DNA of 64,000 nt from Parcubacteria group bacterium. Its GTDB lineage: Bacteria; Patescibacteriota; Patescibacteriia; Buchananbacterales; UBA6539. The notes under the pieces were generated by a model. That model was not told the origin of the DNA and made no database searches. It saw nothing but the letters and a program-made list of their open reading frames with translations. Positions 1 through 8,868 of the stretch are shown here, piece by piece (position 1 is the first letter of the stretch; each line of letters starts with the position of its first letter). A program made the position numbers and the translations under genes. Where the stretch lies: contig NYZP01000001.1 of NCBI GenBank assembly GCA_002687175.1, positions 78,236-142,235 of the forward strand, read 5' to 3'.

Positions 1-1078
1 TGAAAAAATAGGTGACGTGGGAATGCTTTTCTTTTTCCGTAATATAAAGCTGTTTATACTTTTTAAGGGCAATAGTTAAGGTGCCCGTTAGATCTTCGGC
101 CGGATAAGCAGTGAGGATTGATCCTAGGTCCGGACCAAAATCTGTCATCGCCGTAAAGACTAAATCCTTTAAAATCTTACTTCGACGAAAACTGCCAGGA
201 TTTTGCTGATTAAAATTCTTTTGAACAAACGGTTTAGCTAATTGCCGGGCTCGATCAGACCGAAGATTGAAAAACAAAATAGCATCACCATTTTTTATTT
301 TGGCAATCGGCTTGCCACCTCGTTTAATAACATACGGCGGAATGAACTCATCGGTTTCTTCCCGGTTATAAGACTGGGTAATGGCCGCCTGGGGACTTTT
401 AGCGGTAATACCTTTGGCCAGCACCATTGCCTCGTAAGCTTTTTTTGTTCGAGACCATTCTTTTTTACGGTCCATGGCATAGAACCGACCCATGATCGTG
501 GCAATCCACTCGCCGGATCGTTTACCGTTACTTTCTTTATTTTTTAAAGTTCGCATTATAGCTTCAACTGATTTTAAAGCTGAATGAGGCGGTGAATCCC
601 GTCCATCGGTAAACAAATGGAGATAAACATTTTTAATTTTTTTGAGACGGGCCCAAGTTAGCAAAGCCAACAAATGATCAGGGTCACTATGAGCACTTTG
701 GCCATTAGAAATCATCCCCATAATATGAAGATCTGATTTATTATTAACCGTATGTTCGTAAGCGGCCTCAAAGGCTGGATTCTTAAAAAACTTTCCAGTG
801 TTAATATCCTTGGATATAAAAACAGAGTCCTGGTCAACAATTCGACCAGCACCAATGTTCATGTGCCCAGCTTCGGAATTACCAACTTGAGTTGGTGGCA
901 GACCCACTGCCTTGCCTGAAGCTTTTAATTTTGTTTTCGGATAACTCTGCCACAACTTATCAAAGACTGGGGTTTTAGCCAAAGCAATAGCATTGGCCGG
1001 ACTTTTTGGCGCCAGGCCCCAACCGTCAAGAATTAACAGCACCAGAGGCTTCTTTTTTTTAGTTTCTTTTTTGGGCAT
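1..1078 (-). CDS. gpmI: 2,3-bisphosphoglycerate-independent phosphoglycerate mutase (iPGM), 3' part; gene runs off the window start
   Basis: My own minus-strand translation from the ATG at 1076-1078 gives MPKKETKKKKPLVLLILDGWGLAPKSPANAI...GNSEAGHMNIGAGRIV...HLFTDGRDSPP...GRFYAMDRKKEW, with the diagnostic iPGM motifs. Not in the ORF track because it is truncated by the window edge. The plus and minus ORFs at 242-547 and 295-504 are shadows of it. Confidence 0.9.
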   Translation of the reverse strand, partial: MPKKETKKKKPLVLLILDGWGLAPKSPANAIALAKTPVFDKLWQSYPKTKLKASGKAVGLPPTQVGNSEAGHMNIGAGRIVDQDSVFISKDINTGKFFKNPAFEAAYEHTVNNKSDLHIMGMISNGQSAHSDPDHLLALLTWARLKKIKNVYLHLFTDGRDSPPHSALKSVEAIMRTLKNKESNGKRSGEWIATIMGRFYAMDRKKEWSRTKKAYEAMVLAKGITAKSPQAAITQSYNREETDEFIPPYVIKRGGKPIAKIKNGDAILFFNLRSDRARQLAKPFVQKNFNQQNPGSFRRSKILKDLVFTAMTDFGPDLGSILTAYPAEDLTGTLTIALKKYKQLYITEKEKHSHVTYFF

Positions 1079-1090
1079 TATTTTTTTAAT

Positions 1091-1184
1091 TTGTCATTCC
1101 CGCGAAAGCGGGAATCCAGGGTTTCCTTGTACAGCTCTGGATCCCGCATCGCGGTCGCCAAGGCGACCTTGTGCGGGATGACAA
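1091..1184. repeat. GC-rich palindromic REP/MITE-like element with terminal inverted repeats TTGTCATTCCCGC / GCGGGATGACAA and two internal hairpins; probably doubles as the eno terminator
   Basis: A ~94-bp GC-rich block in an AT-rich spacer between gpmI and eno. It contains the hairpins cccgcGAAAgcggg and ggtcgccAAggcgacc, and its ends are inverted repeats. Confidence 0.55.
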
Positions 1185-1191
1185 AGTATTG

Positions 1192-2457
1192 TCATTTTTT
1201 TAATTCAGCCTCAATTTCTAATAACCGATTATACTTTACTACCCGTTCACTTCTCGACAGTGAACCAGTTTTTATGAATTCAGAATTAACCGCCACCGCT
1301 AAGTCAGCGATAGTAGTGTCGGTCGTTTCGCCAGATCGATGTGAAATTGATGTTTTATATTTGTTCTTTTTAGCTAATTTAATAGTGTCGATTGTTTCAG
1401 TTAAGCTACCTATTTGATTAAGTTTAATCAAGATAGCATTACCAACTTTCTTTTTAATCCCTTGTCTTAACCGTTTAACATTAGTGACAAATAAATCATC
1501 GCCAACCAGAACTGTTTTTTTACCCAATACTTTAGTCAGGCTTATCCAGTTTTCCCAATCATCCTCATCCAAACCATCTTCCAAAGAAATCATCGGATAT
1601 TTCTCGATCCATTGTTTTTCCAACTCGATCATTTCTTCGGCCGTCCTTTTTTTCTTGTCAGCTTTCATATCATAAATTTTTTCCTGATCGTCATAAAATT
1701 CTGAAGCCGCAGCATCAATCGCAATTTTAACTTGCCGCCCCGGAATATATTTAGCTTTTTTAATCGCCTGCATAATTACCTGAAATGCTTTTTCATTACC
1801 GGCTAGGGCAGGAGCATAACCACCCTCATCCCCTTTTAAAGTATTAAAACCTTTAGTTTTTAAAATTTTTCCTAGGGCGTGAAAAATTTCTGAGCCACAA
1901 CGTAACCGCTCTTTAAATTTTGCTTGCAACGGCACAATCATGAACTCCTGAATATCAAGTGTCCAGTCAGCATGAGCTCCACCGTTAATGACATTCATGG
2001 TTGGTATTGGTAATTTATAACCTTGATATTTTAAGTTAAAGACTTTTCGAATATGTTTATATAATGGTAAATCATTGGCTTCCGCCGCAGCATGAACATT
2101 AGCCAAGGACACGGCTAAAATGGCATTAGCTCCAAGCTTTGATTTATTTTCTGTACCATCAAGTTCCAGCATTATCTTATCAATTTTTCTTTGACTGTTA
2201 GGATCTAAACCCTTTAAGGCTGGAGCAATTATCTTATTGACGTTTTCCACGGCTTTTAAAACTCCTTTGCCGTAATAACGTTTTTTATCTCCATCTCTTA
2301 ATTCCAAAGCTTCATGAACTCCGGTGGAAGCACCGGACGGCACAGAGGCGACACCAGTAATACCATTATCTAAAGTAACATAGGCTCGTACTGTCGGATT
2401 ACCACGGGAACCCAAAATTTCCATTGCTTTAACTGATTTTATTTTTGATTTTGCCAT
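1192..2457 (-). CDS. eno: enolase (phosphopyruvate hydratase)
   Basis: 421 aa. N-terminus reads [53 protein letters not shown], a full-length classic enolase signature. CAT start at 2455-2457 verified. Confidence 0.95.
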   Translation of the reverse strand: MAKSKIKSVKAMEILGSRGNPTVRAYVTLDNGITGVASVPSGASTGVHEALELRDGDKKRYYGKGVLKAVENVNKIIAPALKGLDPNSQRKIDKIMLELDGTENKSKLGANAILAVSLANVHAAAEANDLPLYKHIRKVFNLKYQGYKLPIPTMNVINGGAHADWTLDIQEFMIVPLQAKFKERLRCGSEIFHALGKILKTKGFNTLKGDEGGYAPALAGNEKAFQVIMQAIKKAKYIPGRQVKIAIDAAASEFYDDQEKIYDMKADKKKRTAEEMIELEKQWIEKYPMISLEDGLDEDDWENWISLTKVLGKKTVLVGDDLFVTNVKRLRQGIKKKVGNAILIKLNQIGSLTETIDTIKLAKKNKYKTSISHRSGETTDTTIADLAVAVNSEFIKTGSLSRSERVVKYNRLLEIEAELKK

Positions 2458-2471
2458 ATTTTTTATATTTT

Positions 2472-2990
2472 CTAATTAATAACTTTAACAATGTCATCGC
2501 TGTCATATGAATTATTACCAAGACCATTAGGTCCGTAAGATCCCACCACTACAACCCAGCCATGCTCGGGGTGATCATAGTCAGTGTCAAAAAAATATTC
2601 ATTACCCCAAGGATCCACTGGTATCATAACCATATAAGGTCCATCCCAATTATCATAGGAGCTGTCATTGTCATCCTGGGTTATTCCGGCAACACCAGAA
2701 GATATATTATTGGTGCAACCATCAGCACAAATTTCATTATTACTACCAGCCGGTGTTCCATTTGTCATTATGCCAATAGCTTGGTGCCCCGGCCACTCTT
2801 CAGTATCATTCTCTAGCAGTTGTATAGCTTTAAATATTTGATTCACTTCACTTTGTGCTTTAGTTATCATTGCTTTTGATCTAGTGGCATTAACTGCCGT
2901 CGTAGCCAAAGTTGATAAAATCCCAATAATCGCAATTGTTACCAACAGTTCTATAAGAGTGAATCCCTCACTTTTGTTATAAAACTTCAT
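2472..2990 (-). CDS. type IV pilin / T2SS pseudopilin (GspG/PulG-like) with prepilin cleavage-methylation N-terminus
   Basis: N-terminus [20 protein letters not shown] is the class III signal peptide (G at -1, F at +1, E at +5). The DPWGNEY motif resembles GspG DPWGNPY. Confidence 0.7.
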   Translation of the reverse strand: MKFYNKSEGFTLIELLVTIAIIGILSTLATTAVNATRSKAMITKAQSEVNQIFKAIQLLENDTEEWPGHQAIGIMTNGTPAGSNNEICADGCTNNISSGVAGITQDDNDSSYDNWDGPYMVMIPVDPWGNEYFFDTDYDHPEHGWVVVVGSYGPNGLGNNSYDSDDIVKVIN

Positions 2991-3756
2991 AAGTTACCGT
3001 GACATTAACCGTAATATCCTGGCTACCTGGTTCAATATCAGGAGCCGCGCCACCAATGCCGATATCCATTGCTTTGGCTTCGGCAAACATTGGCATAGGA
3101 TAATCATAACCACCACCACTTTCGTTAAATGATACTAAACGACCCAGTTTAACCCCAGCCACTTTGGCTAACGCTTCGGCCTTTTCTTTGGCATTGGCTA
3201 AGGCTTCTTCTCTGGCTTGTTGTCTTAAATCTTCTGGATCATCAATAGTAAAACTCAGTCCGCTAACCTGATTTGCTCCAGCACTACCGGCCAGACTTAG
3301 CACTTCACCAATTTTATCCAGATCTCTTATTTTAACACTTACATTTTGGCTCACTTGATAGCCACGTAAAGTTTGTTGTCTATTAATATAATCATAACGA
3401 GGGTAAATACTGTAATTAGTTGTCTTTATATCCTCTTTGTCTATATCTAAATCTTTCAGTTGGTTAATAAGTTTGTTCATTTTTTCGGTGTTATCTTGCT
3501 GAGCTTTGGCAACGTCTTGATCTTCAGTTTGATAACCCAGGGAGACTTGAGTAATGTCTGGGGTGGCCGTGACTCCTCCTTCACCAGAGATGGTGATGGT
3601 ATAAAGCTGGGTGTCGCTTTTTCCGATATACTGATGGGTAGAAAATGCGTTCCAGGTTAAGACTGCTAAAAATAAAATTAAAATAGCCAGCAGTAAAATA
3701 AATAAAACGCCAACTGGCTTTTTGTGTTCTGATGAAATATGATTTTCCATATGCAT
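2977..3756 (-). CDS. SIMPL/DUF541 family periplasmic protein (26-kDa periplasmic immunogenic protein-like), N-terminal TM anchor
   Basis: 259 aa with an N-terminal hydrophobic helix. Coiled KAQQDNTEKMNKLINQLKDL and the C-terminal VTVTYEV pattern are typical of SIMPL domain proteins. Confidence 0.6.
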   Translation of the reverse strand: MHMENHISSEHKKPVGVLFILLLAILILFLAVLTWNAFSTHQYIGKSDTQLYTITISGEGGVTATPDITQVSLGYQTEDQDVAKAQQDNTEKMNKLINQLKDLDIDKEDIKTTNYSIYPRYDYINRQQTLRGYQVSQNVSVKIRDLDKIGEVLSLAGSAGANQVSGLSFTIDDPEDLRQQAREEALANAKEKAEALAKVAGVKLGRLVSFNESGGGYDYPMPMFAEAKAMDIGIGGAAPDIEPGSQDITVNVTVTYEVL

Positions 3757-3760
3757 AAAG

Positions 3761-4987
3761 TTATTTTTTAATGTGTTTTAAGGCTGGTAATTCTTTACCG
3801 GCTAAAAATTCCATACTGGCACCTCCGCCAGTGGAAATATGATTAAATTTTTTCTCTAGTCTATATTTAGAAGCCACAATCTCCGTGTCTCCGCCACCGA
3901 TAACTGTTGTGGCTGACGATTTAGCCACAGCCTGTGAAATCTTTTTAGTACCATTACTAAACTTATCGACTTCAAATACTCCCATCGGACCATTAAAAAA
4001 AATGGTCTTGGCAGTCTTTATATGCTCCTGATAATTTTTAATGGTCTTTGGGCCGATATCTAAAAATTTCCAACGCTGGTTAATCGCGTCCTTATCAGTA
4101 AAATCAACAACTTCCACCAAAGAGTGTTTGTCAATCTTATTTCCGGCTACTAAATCAACTGGTAACACAATCTTTGACTTATTACGTTTATAAATCTTAC
4201 GGGCTAAGGTGACGTAATTAACTTTTTTACGTCTAGCTTTATCAACAAAGACATCTTCAATGAAGGAATTACCAATTGGTACTCTCAAAGCTTTTAAAAA
4301 AACATTTGCCAGACCACCACCAATTAAAACTTTGTCAGCAATTTTAACTAATTTTTTTAAAGTATTAATCTTATCAGAAATCTTTGCACCTCCTAAGACA
4401 ATCACCAGTGGTCTTTTTGGCTTTTTACTAATTCTGGATAAAGCCTTAATCTCCTTGTCCAATAAAAATCCAGCATAGGTCGGAATCAACTTAGTAATAC
4501 CTGTGGTTGATGAATGAACACGGTGGGCATGACCGAAAGCGTCAAAACAAATTAGATCTAAACCATGAACTAACAAGGCCGAAAACATTTTATTCTCGGC
4601 CATCTCTTCCGGATAAAATCTAACATTCTCTAACATTAAAATTTCTCCAGATTCCATGGCTTCAATTTTTGAAAAAACTTTTGGTCCAACACAGTCATCT
4701 AACTTTTTGACTGGTTGGTTAATTAATTTTGACAATGTTTTGGCCACCGGGTCCATCTTATATTTTTCAACCACTTTGCCATCGGGCCGACTTAACCATG
4801 ATAAAATAACAATCTTACAACTGTTTTTCAAAAGATAATTTATTGTTGGAATTGTTTCGGTAATTCGTCTGTCGTCGGACACTTTCCAACCTTGGCCAGA
4901 CTTTTTCAAAGGGACATCGTAAGCGACTCGTAATAAAACTTTTTTTCCCTTTAATTTCTTAACTTCCCGGATTGATTTTAGCTTCAT
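3761..4987 (-). CDS. pgk: phosphoglycerate kinase
   Basis: 408 aa. VLLRVAYDVPL N-terminal motif, KIVILSWLSRPDGK, and C-terminal ISTGGGASMEFLAGKELPAL. Confidence 0.95.
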   Translation of the reverse strand: MKLKSIREVKKLKGKKVLLRVAYDVPLKKSGQGWKVSDDRRITETIPTINYLLKNSCKIVILSWLSRPDGKVVEKYKMDPVAKTLSKLINQPVKKLDDCVGPKVFSKIEAMESGEILMLENVRFYPEEMAENKMFSALLVHGLDLICFDAFGHAHRVHSSTTGITKLIPTYAGFLLDKEIKALSRISKKPKRPLVIVLGGAKISDKINTLKKLVKIADKVLIGGGLANVFLKALRVPIGNSFIEDVFVDKARRKKVNYVTLARKIYKRNKSKIVLPVDLVAGNKIDKHSLVEVVDFTDKDAINQRWKFLDIGPKTIKNYQEHIKTAKTIFFNGPMGVFEVDKFSNGTKKISQAVAKSSATTVIGGGDTEIVASKYRLEKKFNHISTGGGASMEFLAGKELPALKHIKK

Positions 4988-5117
4988 AACAGCTAAATTA
5001 TAACATAAAATAAAAAACCCTGCACCAAGTACAATAATATAGAAAAATGCAAGAAAAATTATTGTTCATTGACTCGCTCATCACAATAGTCAAGAACTAA
5101 AATTTTGGGATATACAA

Positions 5118-5147
5118 TATAGCCCTGGCCTTAAGGCCTGGGCTATA
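5118..5147 (-). terminator. near-perfect 13-bp-arm palindrome TATAGCCCTGGCC TTAA GGCCTGGGCTATA immediately downstream of the CNNM gene; probable terminator/attenuator
   Basis: A hairpin seen directly in the sequence, adjacent to the stop at 5149. The U-tract is weak, so confidence is moderate. Confidence 0.4.
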
Positions 5148-5148
5148 T

Positions 5149-6381
5149 TTATGATTTTATAATTCTAACCTTTTCAATTTTCTTGGGAGTGGCTTTTTCC
5201 ACCACCATTTTAAAATTGTTAAACTCTACTTCTTCACCAGCTTTAGGAATTCGACCAAACTTATCCAAAATTATTTCCGAAATAAAACGATGTTCACTGC
5301 CGGGGATTTTAATGTTAAAAAAATGGTTCACTTCCATAGCTTCAGTTTGAGCATCAACTAAAATTACATTCTTATCAAGCCGCTTAATCAAAAACTCATT
5401 AACATCAGACTCATCCATAATTTCTCCGACTATTTCCTCTAACAAATCTTCCAAGGTGACTAAGCCAGCAGTTGACCCACGCTCATCAAGAACAATCGCA
5501 ATATGATTATGTTGTCTTTGGAAATCTTTAAAGATATCATCAATCTTTCTTTGCTTAGGAATAAAGTATGGCTTACGGGCTATTTTTTTTAAAAGAGTTT
5601 TATTGTTACCTTTACTTAACTCCCGCAATACATCAGGCAAATAAATAACACCAACAATGCTGTCAATTGATTTTTGATAAACCGGAATTCTGGAATAATG
5701 AGAATTGTTAATTTTTTTAACTGCTTGTTCAATTGTAGAATTAATTGGCAGACCAAAGATATCTTCCCGAACCGACATCACGTCTGCGGCGTTAATGTCG
5801 TTAAACTCAAGTACTCGTTTAATCATCTCTTTCTCTTTATGCTCCACCACTCCCTCTTCAACACCAATCTCCGCTAGAGCCCTTAGCTCTTCTTCACTGA
5901 CCGTTGGTAGTTCTTTGCCTTTGGTAAAAATTTTTAGAGCAAACTTATTAAAAAATTCAAACACAATGGAAATTGGACGCAAGATAATGTCCAGCACTGC
6001 CAAAATTGGCGCCACCCCTATAGCAAAACTTTCGGCATGAGCAGTAGCAAAACCTTTTGGTCCAATTTCCCCGAAAACTAAAATCACCACCGTTAAAATT
6101 CCGGTGGCAATGGCTGGCCCTAATGATCCAAAAAGTTCAAATGCTAATACTGTTGCTAAAGCCGATGCAGCTATATTAACTAAGTTGTTGCCAATCAAAA
6201 TATTTATTAATAACCGCTGGGGATTAGCTTTTAGTTTAGAAAGTTTCTTGGCTTTTTTGCCATTTCTCTTTTCTAAAGATTTAAGCTTAGCTGGTGATAA
6301 AGAAAAAATAGCTATTTCCGAAGCCGAAAAAAAACCGGACAGTAAAATTAAAAAAACTAAAAATAAAATTTGATTAAGCAT
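5149..6381 (-). CDS. CNNM/HlyC/CorC-family transporter (DUF21 membrane domain + CBS pair + CorC_HlyC domain)
   Basis: 410 aa. N-terminal DUF21 TM helices (FSASEIAIFSLS), a central CBS pair, and a C-terminal transporter-associated domain. Confidence 0.8.
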   Translation of the reverse strand: MLNQILFLVFLILLSGFFSASEIAIFSLSPAKLKSLEKRNGKKAKKLSKLKANPQRLLINILIGNNLVNIAASALATVLAFELFGSLGPAIATGILTVVILVFGEIGPKGFATAHAESFAIGVAPILAVLDIILRPISIVFEFFNKFALKIFTKGKELPTVSEEELRALAEIGVEEGVVEHKEKEMIKRVLEFNDINAADVMSVREDIFGLPINSTIEQAVKKINNSHYSRIPVYQKSIDSIVGVIYLPDVLRELSKGNNKTLLKKIARKPYFIPKQRKIDDIFKDFQRQHNHIAIVLDERGSTAGLVTLEDLLEEIVGEIMDESDVNEFLIKRLDKNVILVDAQTEAMEVNHFFNIKIPGSEHRFISEIILDKFGRIPKAGEEVEFNNFKMVVEKATPKKIEKVRIIKS

Positions 6382-6383
6382 AG

Positions 6384-6767
6384 TTATTCGGCAATAGTAA
6401 ATTGTTCATAAACTACCTGATTCTGATCATCCCCCTTTTGATAAACAACGGCAAACCAGTATGTTCCCGGTTGCATGCCCTCAATATCAGCAAAAAATTT
6501 CTGACTACATCTTTCTGTGGTTTCGTTACCTTCAAGACTTAGAGTAAAAGTACTATCTTTTTTATCGAGAACACCTTTAAAACTTTCAACATCACAGCTA
6601 AAATCGGCAAAGGGTACTTCTACTTTTAAACCATTAGCGGTTGGCTCCAGTTTTGATTCAGTTACAATTTCATTAGTAAAACCATATTGCATGGCAAAAT
6701 TTTCTTTAAGCTGGCAAGCAGATAAGGTAACCGCTGATAAAATTGTTATCATTAATAATTTCTTCAT
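6384..6767 (-). CDS. hypothetical lipoprotein
   Basis: Signal peptide with lipobox LSAC. 127 aa, no recognisable domain. Confidence 0.5.
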   Translation of the reverse strand: MKKLLMITILSAVTLSACQLKENFAMQYGFTNEIVTESKLEPTANGLKVEVPFADFSCDVESFKGVLDKKDSTFTLSLEGNETTERCSQKFFADIEGMQPGTYWFAVVYQKGDDQNQVVYEQFTIAE

Positions 6768-6794
6768 AACTACTAATATTATAGCAAAAAATAG

Positions 6795-7271
6795 CTAAAT
6801 ACCCAATTTGAGTTTTAAGTCGTTTAGCCTTAAATAAAATCCCTTAGTGTGAATGGAATTAAGCCTTAAATGATAAGTGTCATAGTGATGCAACCATTCA
6901 TGGAGCAAAGTATCAACAAATGTTTTAGGAGCTAGAATTTGTCCCCGAACGGCGGTTAAATTTTGAATATAGATATATTTTCCTCGATAGTAGCCATACT
7001 GCTTATAAACTACTCTGCCGCCACTATGTTTATGGTATTGATTAGTGTCCGATATTTTTAGTTTTACAATATCGATTCTGGCACAATCACATAGCTCATC
7101 TAATAATTGTTCACCTCTCTTTTGTCGACTGGCGGTGGTACTGGAGTTTAACAAAAACTGAGTCAACTTCAAAGACTGTTGATTAACTGAAAACTTAACA
7201 ACTGTAATTTTATTACTTTTTTTATAATTAGCATCAGGTCTCATAATACTCATTATAATAAATATTACCAA
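6795..7271 (-). CDS. SprT-like/DUF45-like putative zinc metallopeptidase (HExxH)
   Basis: TLLHEWLHHYDTYH ... IHTKGFY matches the SprT/YgjP layout HExxH-x5-H ... H-x2-F. 158 aa. Confidence 0.35.
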   Translation of the reverse strand: MVIFIIMSIMRPDANYKKSNKITVVKFSVNQQSLKLTQFLLNSSTTASRQKRGEQLLDELCDCARIDIVKLKISDTNQYHKHSGGRVVYKQYGYYRGKYIYIQNLTAVRGQILAPKTFVDTLLHEWLHHYDTYHLRLNSIHTKGFYLRLNDLKLKLGI

Positions 7272-7306
7272 AAGAAAAAAGACGGAGACTAATTTAATAA
7301 TCTCCG
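7270..7306 (-). terminator. Rho-independent terminator downstream of the Cys-rich gene
   Basis: On the minus strand, hairpin CGGAGA-loop-TCTCCG followed by TCTTTTTTCTTTTGG. Confidence 0.5.
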
Positions 7307-7319
7307 CCTAATGCCACAG

Positions 7320-7865
7320 TCAGGAAATTACCTCCTGACAAGCTGGACACCACTTGACCCAGTCATCTTGTCCAGACCAGTGAGTTATAATCAGGCCCTT
7401 CTTCCTGGCAACTGAGCTTTCCCCCCACTCAACTAAAGTACCAGAACACTTAGGACAAATATTAGCATTCTGTCTTATTTTAGATTGTCCAGAGACTCTA
7501 CTATTCTTGCGGATAGTTACTGAACCATAACTATTAGCAACATCTGTCAATTCTTTACATGCAAAACAATCACAATCTGAACTATAAACATGTGTATCTC
7601 TTGTCCAGGTAGAATAGGCCCAGTAGTTGCAGTGTTTACACCACAGACCATATTCTAGACCAAACTCAATGGCCGCTGCAGTTGGTGCTATACCAGCCTG
7701 AACATCCCTTACTATCACCATTGCTTGTTGACCACAGCCTGGGCAAACTTTATTAGCACAGCCATCATTATGCTCTCCTAATAGTAAGCCTGACTCAAGA
7801 CATATTTTACAATCACACTCTGGATCATTACGTCGATGATTCACAACTACTTCTTTTTGACACAT
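7320..7865 (-). CDS. cysteine-rich multi-zinc-ribbon protein (at least 7 CxxC pairs), function unknown
   Basis: 181 aa. CDCKIC, CPGCG, CKHCNYW, CDCFAC, CPKCSG and CPAC motifs. Slightly elevated GC. Confidence 0.5.
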   Translation of the reverse strand: MCQKEVVVNHRRNDPECDCKICLESGLLLGEHNDGCANKVCPGCGQQAMVIVRDVQAGIAPTAAAIEFGLEYGLWCKHCNYWAYSTWTRDTHVYSSDCDCFACKELTDVANSYGSVTIRKNSRVSGQSKIRQNANICPKCSGTLVEWGESSVARKKGLIITHWSGQDDWVKWCPACQEVIS

Positions 7866-7910
7866 GATTTAATCTCCTTACGTCAAAGAACGTTGGCTTT
7901 TGTCACCAAT

Positions 7911-7938
7911 AACAAAAAACCCCGCCAGAGGCGGGGTC
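7911..7938 (-). terminator. Rho-independent terminator (CCCCGCC-AGAG-GCGGGG + U-tract on minus strand)
   Basis: The minus strand reads ACCCCGCCTCTGGCGGGGTTTTTTGTT. It belongs to the CCCGCC-N3-4-GGCGGG hairpin family also seen at 18709, 41196 and 55010. Confidence 0.6.
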
Positions 7939-8114
7939 AGTAGATATTAAAAAATAAAAATATCAAATCACCTCGACTCTGGCGAAGTAATTTGATAATG
8001 AGTTGAAAATTGTTTTGCAAATTTATTCATAATATTAATAAATTATCACAGTTAATAAAAACTGTCAAATTAAAGAAAAAAGCGGAAACTTGTTAGGTAA
8101 CCGCCAAATTAAAA

Positions 8115-8351
8115 CTAAACCATTAAAAATGAACCTTCCGAAACAAATATATCTTTAAGGCCTTCTTTTCCCAAGGCGGTAAGAACTTCTTTTTCTTTTC
8201 CCTTAGGAATAAAAGCTGAAGCGATAAAATCGCTACTACCAATTTTATTTTTATAACCTGTACACTTCCCTCCAAACTTTTTTACTATTCGACTAAAAGT
8301 TGAAAGTCCAAATTTAGCTGGAACCTCACAATAAATATGAAAGTAATTCAA
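8115..8351 (-). pseudogene. degenerate C-terminal fragment of an IS200/IS605-type (Y1 HuH) transposase TnpA
   Basis: NYFHIYCEVPAKFGLSTFSRIVKKFGGK aligns to the Y1_Tnp core DHVHLLVSIPPKLSVSKLVRKLKGRSS, but the HuH motif is degenerate (HIY) and the catalytic Tyr position reads D. There is no ATG: it starts at TTG two codons after an in-frame stop. The N-terminal half is absent. Confidence 0.35.
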
Positions 8352-8399
8352 TGATCATTCCTTCACAGGTTTATTGGGATAAAGAACAGAAAAAAAGAT

Positions 8400-8800
8400 C
8401 AGGAGAGGAAGAGAAGGGCCCCCGATCTCGGCTGCGGTATTATTGAGTGAATTTGCCGCGTATTGGTGTGGCTAGGTTGTGAAGTTAGGCTTCATCACCC
8501 ATCGGCCTCGGAACACTACTTCGGTACTGCCTTCGGCTTCCGATCTTCTTCATTCGTTGGTGTTCTCGATGGTCGTGCTTCCGCGAATGGCCGCGAAAGC
8601 GAAACAGAGTTCCTTCATGATATACTCCTTTCAGGAGGTTTTGAACCGAAGCTCTAATCATGAACTGAGTATACTCATCCCTTCTTCTTGTTTCCGTCAC
8701 CGGGAAAAATTGTCTTCCTGACAGCCTAGCTGCCTCCTCAATTCCCCTATCGGAAAGAGTCAAGTCAAATAGATTTACACGCCTTAAAAAAATGTTATCA
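8400..8800. ncRNA. candidate structured non-coding RNA (unclassified), ~50% GC
   Basis: No ORF over 110 aa in any frame. The region is dense in UUCG-type (cttcgg x3) and GNRA-type (gcgaaagc) tetraloop hairpins. It is bracketed by the gap terminator at 8826-8850 and the TnpA fragment. I could not match the RNase P, tmRNA or SRP conserved boxes by eye. Confidence 0.25.
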
Positions 8801-8825
8801 TAAAAAAATTTATTTATCAAGAATC

Positions 8826-8850
8826 AAAAACCCCCACCAAACTGGTGGGG
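8826..8850 (-). terminator. Rho-independent (bidirectional) terminator downstream of gap
   Basis: CCCCCACC-AAAC-TGGTGGGGGG, flanked by a T-run on both strands. Confidence 0.65.
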
Positions 8851-8868
8851 GGTTAATTTTTATAAAAA

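Noticed and set aside
242-547. Plus-strand 101-aa ORF and the overlapping minus 69-aa ORF at 295-504.
   Set aside because: They lie inside the minus-strand gpmI coding region. My own translation of the other minus frame through this region gives the conserved iPGM sequence, so these are frame shadows.
8380-8800. Assignment of the GC-rich region to RNase P RNA, tmRNA, SRP RNA or 6S RNA.
   Set aside because: I looked by eye for the RNase P boxes (AGGAAAGUCCGGGC, ACAGAANCCGGCUUA), the tmRNA T-arm and ...CUCCACCA end, and the SRP domain IV motif, and found none on either strand. I left it as an unclassified structured-RNA candidate.
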